Source: the human T2T-CHM13v2.0 reference genome, Homo sapiens. Taken from it: DNA of 64,000 nucleotides. Below the pieces are notes generated by a model, which worked only from the letters and a program-made list of their open reading frames with translations, ran no database searches and was not told the origin of the DNA. The position numbers were made by a program, and so were the translations under genes. The stretch lies in the NCBI RefSeq assembly GCF_009914755.1, contig NC_060942.1; one strand, written 5' to 3'. Positions 61,995 to 64,000 of this stretch are shown here, one piece after another (position 1 is the first letter of the stretch; each line of letters begins with the position of its first letter).

Positions 61995-63090
61995 TTATGG
62001 TAAAACACACATGCCATTAAATTTACCATTTTAACCATTTTTAAGCGTACATTTCTGTATTAGTCCGTTTTCACGCTGCTGATAAAGACGTGCCCAAAAC
62101 TGGGCAATTTACCAAAGAAAGAGATTTAACTGGACTTACAGTTACACGTAGCTGGGGAGGTCTCACAAACATGGTGGAAGGTGAAAGGCATGTCTCACAT
62201 GACAACAGCACAAGGGAGAATGAGAGCCAAGCAAAATGGGTTTCCCCTTATCAAACCATCAGATCTCATGAGACTTATTCACTTCCACGAGAACAGTATG
62301 AGGGAAACCACCCCCATGATTTAATTATCTCCCATTCCCTCCCACAACACATGGGAATTATGGGAGTACAATTCAAGATGAGATCTGGGTGGGGACACAG
62401 AGCCAAACCGTATCAACTTCAGTGGCATTAAGTGCATTCACAGTGTTGTACAACCTTCACAAACATCCATCTCCAGAACTTTTTTATCTTCCCAAACTGA
62501 AACTCCATACCAATTAAACAGTGATTCCCCATTTCTCCCTCCCCTGAGCCCCTGGCAACCACCATTCTACTTTCTGTCTCTATAAATTTGACTACCCTTA
62601 AGTACCTCAAATAAGTGGGATCGTACAATATTTGCCTTTTTGTGACTGGCTTATTTTACTTAACATAATGTCTCCAGGTTTATCCATGTTGTAGTATATG
62701 TCAGATTTTCCTTTCTTTTTAGGGCTGAATAATATTCTATTACATGTATACACCACATTTTATTTATCCATTCATCTGTTAACGGACACTTGGGTGGCTT
62801 CGCCCTTTTGGCTGTTTTGAATAATGCTACTATCATTATAACAGTACCTTTAATCCATTTTTAATTTTTGTATATGGTGTAAGGCAAGAGTCCAACTTCA
62901 TTCCATTGTATGTATCCGGTTTTCCCAGTATCATTTCATGAAAAGACCACCATTTCCACCATTGAATGGTCTTAGCAACCTTGTTAAAAATCAGTTGACC
63001 ACGTGTGAGGGTTTACTTCTGAGTGCTCTATTTCATTGGCCTGTATGTCTATTCTTATGCCAGTACCACACTGTTTTGATAATTGTAGCT
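61995..63090 (-). mobile_element. Old L1 (L1MB-like) 3' region
   Basis: aaatttaccattttaaccatttttaag...cccctggcaaccaccattctactttctgtctct; boundaries approximate. Confidence 0.75.
62056..62415. mobile_element. THE1B-like solo LTR inside L1MB
   Basis: TGTATTAGTCCGTTTTCACGCTGCTGATAAAGAC...CCGTATCA; TSD atttc/acttc. Confidence 0.9.
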
Positions 63091-63340
63091 TAATTAAATC
63101 AGGAATTAGAGTCTAATAAGTCATTCTAAAAATAGCTTCTGGTTTTCCATCAAATTCTTTTCAATCTTGTCTTTTACGTCCCTGAATAAAAAACAGTATT
63201 TTATCCAAATCTAATTATCCTAACATAAGAAACTCCAGTGATTCTACTTCTATCGTCAATTGTTTCTGCTGGTTGTTCTTAGCTCGGTTGCCTGGTTATC
63301 TTTTATCAGGAATTTTCATGAAAAGTTGATGGGGAAATAA

Positions 63341-63670
<330 letters not shown>

Positions 63671-64000
63671 GAAGGTACTCCTCTTCTAGAGAGAATCATT
63701 GTTTGCTTCTGCCAGCTATCTGGGAGCTCCAATAATTGTTGGTCATCACAAACCAGTTTTAGGTATTGAGATTTTTCTGGGTCAACCAGATGACTTGCAG
63801 TTGGGCTACAGTCTGTGGAAGGGCTGGTTTACTACAAGTTCACCTTTATTCCTAGAATGTAGTTGATTTTGGGTATAATTCAAAGTACCAAGGTCCCAAC
63901 CCTTAGTCTCTGATTCCAACTTTCTTCTCTCTAGTCCTATGAGGCTATCAAAAATGCCATTCAGTACCCTCAGCTGCCTCTTCCAGATAAGCAAATAATC

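Overview
Hominoid (most likely human, 18q12.2) genomic DNA, repeat-rich, with two convergent SCAN-C2H2 zinc-finger genes. ZNF397 is on + (3 coding exons, 534 aa, 9 fingers, CpG-island promoter ~30.1-30.6 kb) and ZSCAN30 is on - (3 coding exons, 494 aa, 7 fingers, CpG-island promoter ~56.5-57.45 kb). The rest is mostly retroelements: an L1PA2-like 3' end, a 6.5-kb env-retaining HERV-H provirus, a twin-primed inverted L1, solo LTRs (MER51, THE1, MLT1, LTR16, LTR33, LTR47-like, LTR12), Tigger2a and many Alus. The most unusual structures are: (1) the HERV-H has a 5'-clipped LTR and is flanked by a ~650-bp host duplication instead of a 5-bp TSD; (2) a finger-less ZNF397 isoform can be rebuilt from splice sites, with a coding exon antisense to the ZSCAN30 coding exon and a terminal exon in an LTR16; (3) a non-repeat double hairpin with a 38-bp stem lies in the intron shared by both genes. 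Repeat subfamily names are from recall of consensus sequences; no searches were run.
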